Source of the DNA: Eubacteriales bacterium
Lineage (GTDB): Bacteria > Bacillota > Clostridia > Oscillospirales > JAAYXM01
NCBI GenBank assembly: GCA_045636165.1
Contig: JAZTWZ010000095.1
Span: 1 to 52,332 of the forward strand
Reading direction: 5' to 3'
DNA: 52,332 bases
Part shown: positions 18,977 through 27,567 of the stretch, piece after piece
Layout: each line of letters starts with the position of its first letter
Numbering within the stretch: the first letter of the stretch is position 1
Translations under genes and position numbers: made by a program
The notes under the pieces: generated by a model
What the model saw: only the letters and a program-made list of their open reading frames with translations
Told to the model about the DNA's origin: nothing
Database searches by the model: none

Positions 18977-19689
18977 AAAGAAATATCGTCAAAAATATCT
19001 GCGATTTCGCGATAGACTAAAAAAGCATGGCTCGCGCCATGCTTTTTTGCAAGGCGAAGCTTTCCCGAAACCGTTTCGGCGTCATCAAAAAGAATAAGTC
19101 GGACGGAATCTCGGTCGCGGTTTATGAGAAAATATTTGCACATAAGCTGAGGAGAAAAGAATATATCCGGTTCAAATGATGATATGAGAAGACGGAGCGC
19201 CTTTTGCGATAGCTCCCGTTGTGTTTTTCCGTCTGCAGGGAGCGCGATTTCAAAAGCAGATCTCCGTACCGACACGGAAAAACGGGGAAAAGCGACCCTT
19301 GCCGATTCAAGATATTCCGAAAGACTTCCGCCCGAAATCTCGGTTTCGATAACGGGAATCGTACCGCCAGGCAGTTTTTTTGAATACGGAGAGAAAACCT
19401 CAAACCCACCTTCTGAAAGTCGGTTTAAGATGTCTGCATCAAGAGGGTTTTCCGAATCAATGAATATAGCGCGACATACCGATTTTTTTGCCTCATTGCA
19501 TATTGCTGCTGATGCCGCCTCGCTTAAATTCTTTGCAGATATAACGAGGACATCAGCCTGTTGTAACGGAACTTGCTTCTCGGCAAAAAGTGAGTCTCCG
19601 CGTGCGACATACGAAAAAACTCCTCGCAGAAATCCGCGCCTTTGCGGTATTGGGAAATCTTCTTTTGAATAGAGCAGGCATATCTTCAC
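18973..19689 (-). CDS. Hypothetical protein (orphan; possible remnant glycoside-hydrolase-18-like TIM-barrel motifs)
   Basis: 238-aa ORF with protein-like composition, whereas the overlapping + strand ORF is R/S-rich junk. Its stop overlaps the rqcH stop (CTAA). The family is not recognised with confidence. Confidence 0.5.
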   Translation of the reverse strand: MKICLLYSKEDFPIPQRRGFLRGVFSYVARGDSLFAEKQVPLQQADVLVISAKNLSEAASAAICNEAKKSVCRAIFIDSENPLDADILNRLSEGGFEVFSPYSKKLPGGTIPVIETEISGGSLSEYLESARVAFPRFSVSVRRSAFEIALPADGKTQRELSQKALRLLISSFEPDIFFSPQLMCKYFLINRDRDSVRLILFDDAETVSGKLRLAKKHGASHAFLVYREIADIFDDISF

Positions 19690-19776
19690 TCAAAACACCT
19701 TCTGTCCTTGAAAATATATGCGGTGTGTGGTATAATGAACAAAATATATCTTTATAAAGAGAAAAGGGGATTTATT

Positions 19777-20247
19777 ATGAAAAAGAATTTATTTAAGATG
19801 CTCGCAGGTATGATGGCAATACTTATGATTTTTGCAATGGCAGCATGTAATGCACCGGCAGAAACACCGGCAGAAACACCGGCAGTGTGACCGGAGGAGA
19901 ATGTGGTTGAGCCTGTTGAAACCGAAGCTGAAATAGCTGTCAGAGAGTATGTTGAAGCTGCAAACCTCTTGGTCAGTGAAGCATACGGTGAGGATCAGGC
20001 TTTTGAAATCAAGCTTGAAGCACGTGGTACTGCTGTTGTTTATGTATATACATCTAAAGAATTTGATAATTTGTCCGATGAAGACCTTGCTCTTATGAAG
20101 TCGGTTCTTGACGGTGAGCTTGAAAAGCAGAAGGATACATTTGCAACAAATCTCAAGGACATTCAGAGCGAAGAGCCTAATGTATCGGCAATTATCTTAG
20201 AGTATTATGATAAGTCAGGAAAGCTCATTACTTCTGCTGAATTTTAA
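19777..20247 (+). pseudogene. Lipoprotein gene interrupted by an in-frame TGA (signal peptide 19777-19890, mature domain 19903-20247)
   Basis: MKKNLFKMLAGMMAILMIFAMAAC is a lipoprotein signal peptide with a lipobox. Then PAETPAETPAV, a TGA at 19888-19890, and the same frame continues as PEENVVEPVETEAE... for 114 more codons. Confidence 0.55.
19853..19885 (+). repeat. 12-nt tandem repeat (caccggcagaaa x about 2.75) encoding a PAET linker
   Basis: Read directly. The repeat ends 2 nt before the in-frame TGA. Confidence 0.9.
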
Positions 20248-20274
20248 TAATAAGCGACCATACGGGGGACAATT

Positions 20275-21588
20275 ATGAAAAAAGGAAATGCATGGGCGCT
20301 CCTTCCGATAGGAGTTTTTCTCGTTTTATATCTTGGTCTCGGAATTCTCTTTGAGTACATTCTCAAGATTCCGATGGGCTTCTATAACATTCCGATAGTC
20401 GTTATTTTTCTTATCGCGCTTGTCGTTGCCTGCCTTCAGAATCGCAAACTCAAGTTTGACGAAAAGCTCGTCTTCATGGGAAAAGGAATCGGCGATGTAA
20501 ATATCGTAACGATGATTCTTATATTCCTTGAAGCAGGAATTTTCGTCGGCGTTGTCGGCCGCGGAAGTGCTGAGAGTGTTGCATACTTTATGCTGTCTCA
20601 TATTCCTGCACAGTTTGCGGTAGCGGTTTTGTTTGTTGTTGGCTGTCTTGTTTCTCTCTCGATGGGAACTTCGGTCGGAACCATAACGCTTCTTACTCCG
20701 ATTGCAGTCGCGGTTTCGCGTGCATCAGGCTTTGATATGGCACTTTGCGTTGCATCCGTTATGGGCGGTGCAATGTTTGGCGACAACCTTTCGTTCATTT
20801 CGGATACCACAATCGCTGCCTGCAACGGTCAGGGCTGTAAGATGAAGGATAAGTTCCGTGCGAACTTCTTTATTGCTCTTCCTGCGGCGATAGTTTCAGT
20901 AATTCTTCTTATCGCGCTGTCTATGGGAAGCGACATAAAGGGAACTGTAGAGAATACATACAATCTCATTCAGATTATTCCGTATGCGCTTGTTCTTATC
21001 GGCGGTATTATCGGAATAAATGTATTTGTCGTTCTTCTTGTAGGAATCATTTCGGGTGCATTGATTATGGTAGCAACAGGGGCAACTGCTGCTACGGATA
21101 TTCTCGCTAATATGGGAACAGGTGCTGCAGGTATGTTTGAGACTGCTATGGTTGCAATACTTGTATCTGCAATATGCGCTCTTATCCGTGAACACGGCGG
21201 TTTCGATGCGCTCCTCAACGGAATAAAGAAGATATTCAAGGGCAAACGCGGCGGTCAGCTCGGTATGGCGGCGCTCGTCGGAGTTCTTGATATTGCAACG
21301 GCCAATAATACGGTTGCAATAGTTATGGCAAACCCGATTGCAAAAGAAATTTCAAGCGAGTACGGCATCGCACCGAAAAGAGCAGCTTCAATTCTCGATA
21401 CCTTCTCCTGCTGCTTCCAGGCAGTAATTCCCTACGGTGCACAGATGCTCATTGCGCTCTCTACCGTTACGGAGCTTGGCGGAAGCCTTTCGGCGTTTGA
21501 TATTATGCCGAAGCTCTTCTATCCGATGCTTCTTGCCGTAAGCTCGATTTTGTTTATAGCCTTTACCCGTTCAGAGAACAAGGGATAA
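20275..21588 (+). CDS. Na+/H+ antiporter NhaC-family transporter
   Basis: 437-aa polytopic protein. The N-terminal segment (A.LP..VFL..Y) and overall pattern resemble the NhaC family. Confidence 0.8.
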   Translation: MKKGNAWALLPIGVFLVLYLGLGILFEYILKIPMGFYNIPIVVIFLIALVVACLQNRKLKFDEKLVFMGKGIGDVNIVTMILIFLEAGIFVGVVGRGSAESVAYFMLSHIPAQFAVAVLFVVGCLVSLSMGTSVGTITLLTPIAVAVSRASGFDMALCVASVMGGAMFGDNLSFISDTTIAACNGQGCKMKDKFRANFFIALPAAIVSVILLIALSMGSDIKGTVENTYNLIQIIPYALVLIGGIIGINVFVVLLVGIISGALIMVATGATAATDILANMGTGAAGMFETAMVAILVSAICALIREHGGFDALLNGIKKIFKGKRGGQLGMAALVGVLDIATANNTVAIVMANPIAKEISSEYGIAPKRAASILDTFSCCFQAVIPYGAQMLIALSTVTELGGSLSAFDIMPKLFYPMLLAVSSILFIAFTRSENKG

Positions 21589-21630
21589 AACAGTATATTA
21601 AAAGCGAAATTATATTATTCGGAGGAGAAA

Positions 21631-22071
21631 ATGGTTTCTTTGTTAAAAGCTGATCTGGAACTTGCGAGAGCAAGCGAGCTTACGGGAGAGTTTTTATCCC
21701 AGCTCGGAATAAAGGTTCTGATTGCAGACCTTGATAATACGCTTGCGATGTATGAAAACGAAACTCCGGATGATGAAATAAAGCGCTGGGCAGACTCTCT
21801 TACAGAGCACGGAATCTCGCTTGCGATTGTTTCAAACAACGGCGAGGAAAGAGTCAAGAAATATTGCGAGCCTCTTGGTGTAGATTATTACTGGAAGAGC
21901 GGAAAACCGAGCAGAAAGACCATAAGACGCGCAATGGAAAAGCTCGGAGGAACGCGCGATACAACAGCTCTTGTCGGGGATAAGTTCGTAACTGACATAA
22001 TCGGCGCAAAGCGATGCGGCATCCTTTCGATAAAGGTAAAACCGCTTGGCAAAAGGAGGATGTTTGAGTAA
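21631..22071 (+). CDS. YqeG-family HAD-IIIA phosphatase
   Basis: DLDNTL (motif I), VSNN (motif II), K...GD.F.TDI (motifs III/IV). GGAGGAG RBS. Confidence 0.75.
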   Translation: MVSLLKADLELARASELTGEFLSQLGIKVLIADLDNTLAMYENETPDDEIKRWADSLTEHGISLAIVSNNGEERVKKYCEPLGVDYYWKSGKPSRKTIRRAMEKLGGTRDTTALVGDKFVTDIIGAKRCGILSIKVKPLGKRRMFE

Positions 22072-22505
22072 TGAAGAAGATAATGATTTTAAACGGTCCG
22101 AACCTCAACAATCTCGGCAAAAGAGAACCGAAGATTTACGGAAAGGATACTCTTTCGGACATTATCGAATACACAAAGGAAAGTACGAAGGAACTCGGCG
22201 TCGAGATTTCGGCGTTCCAGTCAAACCACGAGGGCGAGATAATTGACCTTCTCTATCGTGCAAGGGATGAGAAGTTTGACGGCGTTGTTATAAACGCTGC
22301 GGCGTATTCTCATTACAGCATCGCTATCCGAGACGCAATTGCATCGGTTGAGCTTCCTTGTGTTGAGGTTCATTTAAGTAACATTTATGCAAGAGACGAA
22401 TTTCGCCACAGGTCGGTAATTTCTCCCGTCTGCGTCGGTATGATTTCGGGCTTTGGAAAGCTCGTATATCCGCTTGGTGTAAGAGTTTTGTGCGAAATGA
22501 AGTAA
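22071..22505 (+). CDS. aroQ: Type II 3-dehydroquinate dehydratase
   Basis: ILNGPNLN.LG.REP..YG and the NAAAYSHYS / VEVHLSNI.ARE.FRH signature. Confidence 0.92.
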   Translation: MKKIMILNGPNLNNLGKREPKIYGKDTLSDIIEYTKESTKELGVEISAFQSNHEGEIIDLLYRARDEKFDGVVINAAAYSHYSIAIRDAIASVELPCVEVHLSNIYARDEFRHRSVISPVCVGMISGFGKLVYPLGVRVLCEMK

Positions 22506-22520
22506 ATATGAAAATTTTTC

Positions 22521-22549
22521 TTGCAATAGAGAATAAAATAAGGTAAAAT
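22521..22549 (+). promoter_or_regulatory. Sigma-A-type promoter upstream of efp
   Basis: TTGCAA, 17 nt spacer, TAAAAT. Confidence 0.5.
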
Positions 22550-22587
22550 ATAAAGAGATTTATACACAAGAAAACGGAGGATTTAAA

Positions 22588-23148
22588 ATGATTTCTGCAG
22601 GCGAATTCAGAAACGGTGTAACATTTGAAATGGATGGACAGGTAATGCAGGTTATCGAGTTCCAGCATGTAAAGCCCGGTAAGGGTGCAGCTTTCGTCCG
22701 TACAAAGTACAGAAATGTTGTTACGGGTGCTGTTGTTGAAACTTCTTTCAACCCGACAGATAAGTTCCCGCCGGCATTCGTTGAGAGAAAGGATATGGAG
22801 TATCTCTACAACGACGGTGAGCTTTACTACTTTATGAATCAGGAAACTTATGAGCAGGAGCCGCTTAATGCTGAAAAGCTTCCGGACAGCTTCAAGTTTG
22901 TTACGGAAAATATGGTTGTTAAGTTCCTCTCATTCAAGGGCAATGTATTCAGCGTTGAGCCGCCTAACTTCGTAGAGCTTGAGATTACTGAAACTGAGCC
23001 GGGCCTCAAGGGCGATACAGCTACCAATGTTACAAAGCCGGCTACTGTCGAGACAGGTGCTGAAGTTCGCGTTCCGCTCTTCATCAACATCGGCGACAGA
23101 ATCAAGATTGATACAAGAACAGGCGAATACCTCGAGCGTGCGAAGTAA
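22588..23148 (+). CDS. efp: Elongation factor P
   Basis: [10 protein letters not shown]...[13 protein letters not shown]... is canonical EF-P. 186 aa. Confidence 0.97.
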   Translation: MISAGEFRNGVTFEMDGQVMQVIEFQHVKPGKGAAFVRTKYRNVVTGAVVETSFNPTDKFPPAFVERKDMEYLYNDGELYYFMNQETYEQEPLNAEKLPDSFKFVTENMVVKFLSFKGNVFSVEPPNFVELEITETEPGLKGDTATNVTKPATVETGAEVRVPLFINIGDRIKIDTRTGEYLERAK

Positions 23149-23169
23149 TTTTCGGGAGGTAACAGCGTA

Positions 23170-23622
23170 ATGGATATTCTTGAAAGAGCTGCATATCTCA
23201 GAGGCCTTTGTGACGGTCTTGAGATAGACGGCGAAACAAAAGAAGGTAAGCTTCTCCTTGCTATGGTAGATGTTATCGACGAGCTTGCAGCGTCAATTTC
23301 TGACCTTGAGGCTGTTGCAGACAGCATGAGCGATGAGCTTGACGAAGTTGCAGAAGAGCTTCTTGAGCTTGAAGGTGCATTCGATGAAGATTGCGACTGC
23401 GACTGTGACGAGTGCGATGACGACTGTGAGTGCAACTGCGACGATTTCCATTATGAAATCGTATGCCCGACTTGCGGCGATTCTATTATGGCAGATGAGG
23501 ACATTATCGCATTGGGTAGCATCCAGTGCCCGAACTGCGGTGAAGACCTCGAATTTGATATGGACGATTGCTGCTGCGGCGATGATTGCGACTGCGACGG
23601 CGAATGCTCCTGCGAAGAATAA
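23170..23622 (+). CDS. Highly acidic Cys/Asp-rich zinc-ribbon protein of unknown function
   Basis: 150-aa ORF 21 nt after efp. GGGAGG RBS. Contains DCDCDCDECDDDCECNCDD, CPTCG...CPNCG and DDCCCGDDCDCDGECSCEE. Confidence 0.7.
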   Translation: MDILERAAYLRGLCDGLEIDGETKEGKLLLAMVDVIDELAASISDLEAVADSMSDELDEVAEELLELEGAFDEDCDCDCDECDDDCECNCDDFHYEIVCPTCGDSIMADEDIIALGSIQCPNCGEDLEFDMDDCCCGDDCDCDGECSCEE

Positions 23623-23631
23623 TTAAGACAT

Positions 23632-23665
23632 AAAAAACCTGTCTCGTCAGAGACAGGTTTTTTTT
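23632..23665. terminator. Bidirectional intrinsic terminator between convergent genes
   Basis: A6, then cctgtctc / gtca / gagacagg, then T8. Confidence 0.85.
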
Positions 23666-24794
23666 ATCTTCTTTCCGATATCTGATTTATTGGTGTGTCA
23701 AGAATGTTTATGATATATGCACTGTAGTTTTGCGAGCTTAAGTAGCTTAAAATTCTGCCGAGCGCCGAAACGCCCATATCAGAATCTGAAAGCGCGAGAA
23801 CGGGTGAGCGCGAAGATGCTTTGAGCTTTGATACAGCGTTTGAATATATCTTCGATGCGGAAGTTTCAGAAGGGGTGATGTCTGCATCCCACAGCCTGTA
23901 TCCTGCGGCGATTACCTTATCGACATTCTCTTTTGAAAGCGAGGAGGAACCGTTTTTGAATCTCACAAGGCGTGTTTTTGTTTTTGCTATGTCAAAAAGC
24001 TTTGCATTTGTGACTGAAAGCTCGTCGGGAGATTCGGCAAGAATACCGATGGAATGTCCCTGAACTATTGCACGGCGGATTTCGTTTTCACACTTTGGAA
24101 TCGCGTTCTGATTTATAAAGAATGTGGCTCTTCTGCCGTATTGCGAAAGCTGGTTTAAAATCTTTGTGAAATTTTCTCCGCTGGCTATATTGAAGGTAAG
24201 GCGGAGCGTTCCGCTTTTGATATTTTCGCTTTGTGGGCGGTTTGCCTGTGCCTGTTGCTTTTCCTGCTCCGCCTTTTTCTGGGCATTGTAGGTTTCAAGA
24301 AGCTCCGGCATCGCGTTTTTTGCAATATACCGGAACATACTGTATGGAATATCGTCCTCACGCATTACTCGGATAAGGGAGAGATTCTGGTGGTAAGCAT
24401 AGGAGAAACCGAAAATCTGCGCCGTAAACTGTACGGGGACATAAACTGTTCCGGCAGCAGCGACAGTCGCCGCTCTATACTCGACGTTATCGTGAACGGT
24501 ATATGCAGTAGCCGTGGTAAGGTCAAAGATAAGGGTTATGTCCCAATTGTACAGAACAAGTTTTTTTTCAGATGCATTATACGAAGCACTTAAGTTTAGA
24601 GTTCCTTCAGTAAAACATCTGTAATCTATGTACCAGGCTCCGTTTGACTTTATCGGCATGGCATCCGTAAGAGGCAGGACGGTATTTCCTGCGGCGACAA
24701 AAATTTCGCCCTGTGCCGAAGTCTGGACAGCAACAAGAAGCGACAGTATGCAAACTATAAGGATAAGCGCCATCAAGCGTTTCACGCCCACCAC
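23664..24794 (-). CDS. Secreted protein with N-terminal stalk-like domain and C-terminal polysaccharide deacetylase (NodB)-like domain, apparently degenerate
   Basis: Signal peptide/TM (LMALILIVCILSLLVAV). The C-terminal half (RATFFIN, GHSIG, RLVRF, LWDAD) resembles the NodB fold, but the canonical TFDD and HxxxH residues are not seen. Confidence 0.6.
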   Translation of the reverse strand: MVGVKRLMALILIVCILSLLVAVQTSAQGEIFVAAGNTVLPLTDAMPIKSNGAWYIDYRCFTEGTLNLSASYNASEKKLVLYNWDITLIFDLTTATAYTVHDNVEYRAATVAAAGTVYVPVQFTAQIFGFSYAYHQNLSLIRVMREDDIPYSMFRYIAKNAMPELLETYNAQKKAEQEKQQAQANRPQSENIKSGTLRLTFNIASGENFTKILNQLSQYGRRATFFINQNAIPKCENEIRRAIVQGHSIGILAESPDELSVTNAKLFDIAKTKTRLVRFKNGSSSLSKENVDKVIAAGYRLWDADITPSETSASKIYSNAVSKLKASSRSPVLALSDSDMGVSALGRILSYLSSQNYSAYIINILDTPINQISERR

Positions 24795-24927
24795 CTCCTT
24801 TATGTGATTATATTATACAGTGAAAACCTCACTTTTGCAACAGTCAGGCACTTTTTGAAATGTATATGTAATATTCCGCATCTTTTCGCAGTATCTTGTA
24901 TGGAAATATATATAAAAAGGTGTCAGA

Positions 24928-26247
24928 ATGGAAAATTTAGTAAGCGCGATAAACAAGACTCTCTGGGGAAGCCCCATGCTTATACTTCTTCTCGGCTGCG
25001 GAATATTTTTCACGGTAAAACTTCGCTTTTTTCAGATTCGTGATGCGAGGGGGTGGATATCTGGAACTCTCGGTTCGCTTTTTAAGAAAAAAGAAAAAAC
25101 AGAAAACGGAATATCTCCCTATCAGGCGCTTTCGTCTGCACTTGCATCGACAATCGGAAGCGGAAACCTGATTGGTGTCGCAACAGCAATAGCGTCAGGC
25201 GGTGCAGGGGCTGTTTTCTGGATGTGGATATCCGCAATCTTCGGAATGGCGACGAAGTTCGCCGAGATTTTTCTTGCGGTAAAGTTCCGTAAAAAAACAA
25301 AGGACGGCTATATCGGAGGACCGATGTACTATATTGAACGAGGACTCTCGAAAGGGTTCAGGTGGCTTGCTGTTCTGTTCTGCATATCCGGCGCGCTTGC
25401 ATGTATCGGCATGGGTGGAATGAATCAGGCAAATTCCATATCAACAGTTCTTAGCGGATGGATAAAGCTTCCACCGCTTGTTGTTGCGGCAACGCTTTCT
25501 CTCATAGCGTGGGCAGGAATAAGCGGCGGAATCGGGAGACTCTCAAGAACAGTAGAAAAGATAGTTCCCGTAATGGTTGTATTTTTTATGGGAATATGTA
25601 TATACATAATGGTTTTCGATATAAAAAGGACGGTGGATGCAATCGCCGAAATATTCAAGGCGGCGTTCACCCCAAAAGCTGTTTACGGTGCTATGGGTGG
25701 CGAGATGGTGCGCCGTGCAATGCGGTTTGGTATAGCGCGCGGAGTGTTCTCAAACGAAGCAGGACTTGGCTCGTCGCCGATTGTCCACGCGGCATCAGAT
25801 GCAAAAAGTCCTGAAAATCAGGGACTGTGGGGTGTACTTGAAGTTTTTGTTGATACAATAGTTATGTGTACGGTAATTGCGATAATTATAATAAGCTCGG
25901 GTGAGTGCGATGCAGGTCTCACGGGAGCAAGACTTGTGACAGCGGCGTTTTCGTCTCATATCGGTGCATTCGGCGGCGTGTTTGTCGGAATATCGGTAAT
26001 TCTCTTTGCTCTCACGACAATTCTCGGCTGGTCATATTATGGCGAGAGCTGTGTTTTCTATCTCGCAGGCGGACGCGAGAGCGCGAGAAAGATATACAGA
26101 GCAATTTATTCCCTCGCGGTAGGACTTGGCGCAATAATAAGCGTTGATGGGATATGGGAGCTTTCAGATATGTTTAACGGAATGATGATGGTACCGAATA
26201 TTATAGCACTGCTTCTTTTGTCTGATAAAGTAAAAAAATCGAGATGA
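24928..26247 (+). CDS. Alanine/glycine:cation symporter (AGCS family)
   Basis: GSGN.IGVA.AI..GG.GA.FWMW..A..GMATKF.E and the GGPMYYI, FSNEAGLGS motifs. Confidence 0.9.
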   Translation: MENLVSAINKTLWGSPMLILLLGCGIFFTVKLRFFQIRDARGWISGTLGSLFKKKEKTENGISPYQALSSALASTIGSGNLIGVATAIASGGAGAVFWMWISAIFGMATKFAEIFLAVKFRKKTKDGYIGGPMYYIERGLSKGFRWLAVLFCISGALACIGMGGMNQANSISTVLSGWIKLPPLVVAATLSLIAWAGISGGIGRLSRTVEKIVPVMVVFFMGICIYIMVFDIKRTVDAIAEIFKAAFTPKAVYGAMGGEMVRRAMRFGIARGVFSNEAGLGSSPIVHAASDAKSPENQGLWGVLEVFVDTIVMCTVIAIIIISSGECDAGLTGARLVTAAFSSHIGAFGGVFVGISVILFALTTILGWSYYGESCVFYLAGGRESARKIYRAIYSLAVGLGAIISVDGIWELSDMFNGMMMVPNIIALLLLSDKVKKSR

Positions 26248-26265
26248 ATTTTCATCTCGATTTTT
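26232..26265. terminator. Bidirectional terminator overlapping the AGCS stop codon
   Basis: A-run, then atcgagatgaa/ttcatctcgat stem, then T5. Lies between convergent genes. Confidence 0.75.
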
Positions 26266-26270
26266 GTTAT

Positions 26271-27410
26271 TTACCTTGAAAGTCGTGAGGGGCGGGCGCG
26301 CATTCGGGCTGAGCTTATAAGACCGAGCGCCATATAAACCGCCATAACGCTTGAACCGCCATAAGAGAAAAGCGGGAGCGTAAGTCCGATAACGGGCATA
26401 AGTCCTGTGCACATTCCGATGTTTTCAACCGTCTGCGCGATGAGAAGCGCTGAAACTCCTGCACAAACGAGGTAGGACGAAAAAGAACCTGCGCGCATCG
26501 TCATTGAAAGGCAGCGGAAGATTATGAGCGCGAGAAGCGCGATAACAAGAAGACAGCCGATAAAGCCGAGTTCTTCGCCTGCTACGGAGAAGATAAAGTC
26601 CGTCTGCTTGGCAGGAAGATATCCGAGCTGAGTCTGCGTGCCTTCGCCAAGTCCGCGTCCGAAAAACTGACCTGAGCCGATTGCAATTTTGCTCTGTATC
26701 GCGTGATAGCCGCGACCGAGCGGATCAAGCTCGGGGTTGAATACCACTCGCACGCGCATCTTCTGGTCAGGGCGCAGAACGAATTTCCATATAAGCGGAG
26801 AAAGTGCGACAAGAGTAATTCCTGCACCTGCAAACCAGCGGAGACGAATTCCTGCACAGAACATCATTACCGCAAAAATTATAAGATAAACGAGAACTGA
26901 ACCAAGGTCAGAGGAAATGACATACAAAAGACCTATCGGAATCATCGAAAAAACCGAGAGAACAATAACAGAGGATGCATTATCGAGCCTGTCTTCAAGC
27001 GAAGTAATATGCCCTGCAAGCGAAATGATAAAGAGAATTTTTCCGATTTCGGCAGGCTGGATGCCGATACTTCCGAAACGGATCCACGCGCGGTTTCCCG
27101 TCTCCTCGCTTCCCGTACCGAATATGAAGAGAACAAGGATAAGGAGAAGGTTTGCGACATATACATATTTCCACCACGAGCTTACGGAGTCAAGGTCAAT
27201 CCACGACAGCATAAGATACAGCGCGATTCCGATAAGGGTAGCGACGAGCTGAACCTTAAGAAAGCTTCCGCTTCCCATGCTACGGGTTGCACTTGAAATG
27301 AGAATCATGCCGAAAGTCGAGGCGATAAGACAAAGTGTAAGAAGTTTTGTATCAACCTGCTTGAAAAAGGTTTTAAGAGCACCGAAAAAACCGTTCAAGT
27401 TACATCTCAC
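26271..27410 (-). CDS. FtsW/RodA/SpoVE-family peptidoglycan glycosyltransferase (SEDS)
   Basis: 379-aa polytopic protein. GAKRWI-like (RAWIRFG..GIQPAE..K), LP...TDFIF and GG.S motifs. Confidence 0.85.
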   Translation of the reverse strand: MRCNLNGFFGALKTFFKQVDTKLLTLCLIASTFGMILISSATRSMGSGSFLKVQLVATLIGIALYLMLSWIDLDSVSSWWKYVYVANLLLILVLFIFGTGSEETGNRAWIRFGSIGIQPAEIGKILFIISLAGHITSLEDRLDNASSVIVLSVFSMIPIGLLYVISSDLGSVLVYLIIFAVMMFCAGIRLRWFAGAGITLVALSPLIWKFVLRPDQKMRVRVVFNPELDPLGRGYHAIQSKIAIGSGQFFGRGLGEGTQTQLGYLPAKQTDFIFSVAGEELGFIGCLLVIALLALIIFRCLSMTMRAGSFSSYLVCAGVSALLIAQTVENIGMCTGLMPVIGLTLPLFSYGGSSVMAVYMALGLISSARMRARPSRLSR

Positions 27411-27567
27411 TCCTTTTCTCTCAAATTAAAACTGATTCTGATTATTATATTACCACCATTCATCAAAAAGGTCAATTTAATTAGTAATATAAAGTTGGAC
27501 AAAAGAAGTTATTTATGATATACTATACTGTGAATTATTATCTTTAGGTTTACAGGGAGCGAAATTT

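Noticed and set aside
19184-19672. 162-aa + strand ORF inside the orphan minus-strand gene
   Set aside because: It is Arg/Ser/Cys-rich with low-complexity composition. The minus-strand frame looks far more protein-like and spans the whole gap.
19888-19890. In-frame TGA as evidence for an alternative genetic code (TGA read as Trp, Gly or Sec)
   Set aside because: TGA clearly terminates other well-defined genes here, for example dtd at 482-484 and the MBL hydrolase gene at 1108-1110. I see no SECIS-like hairpin immediately downstream.
22848-23435. 195-aa poly-Ser ORF (MHSQSSSHSSQSQSQSSS...) on the minus strand
   Set aside because: It is a mirror image of the GAN/GAY-rich acidic codons of efp and the Cys/Asp-rich gene, so it is an artefact of antisense reading.
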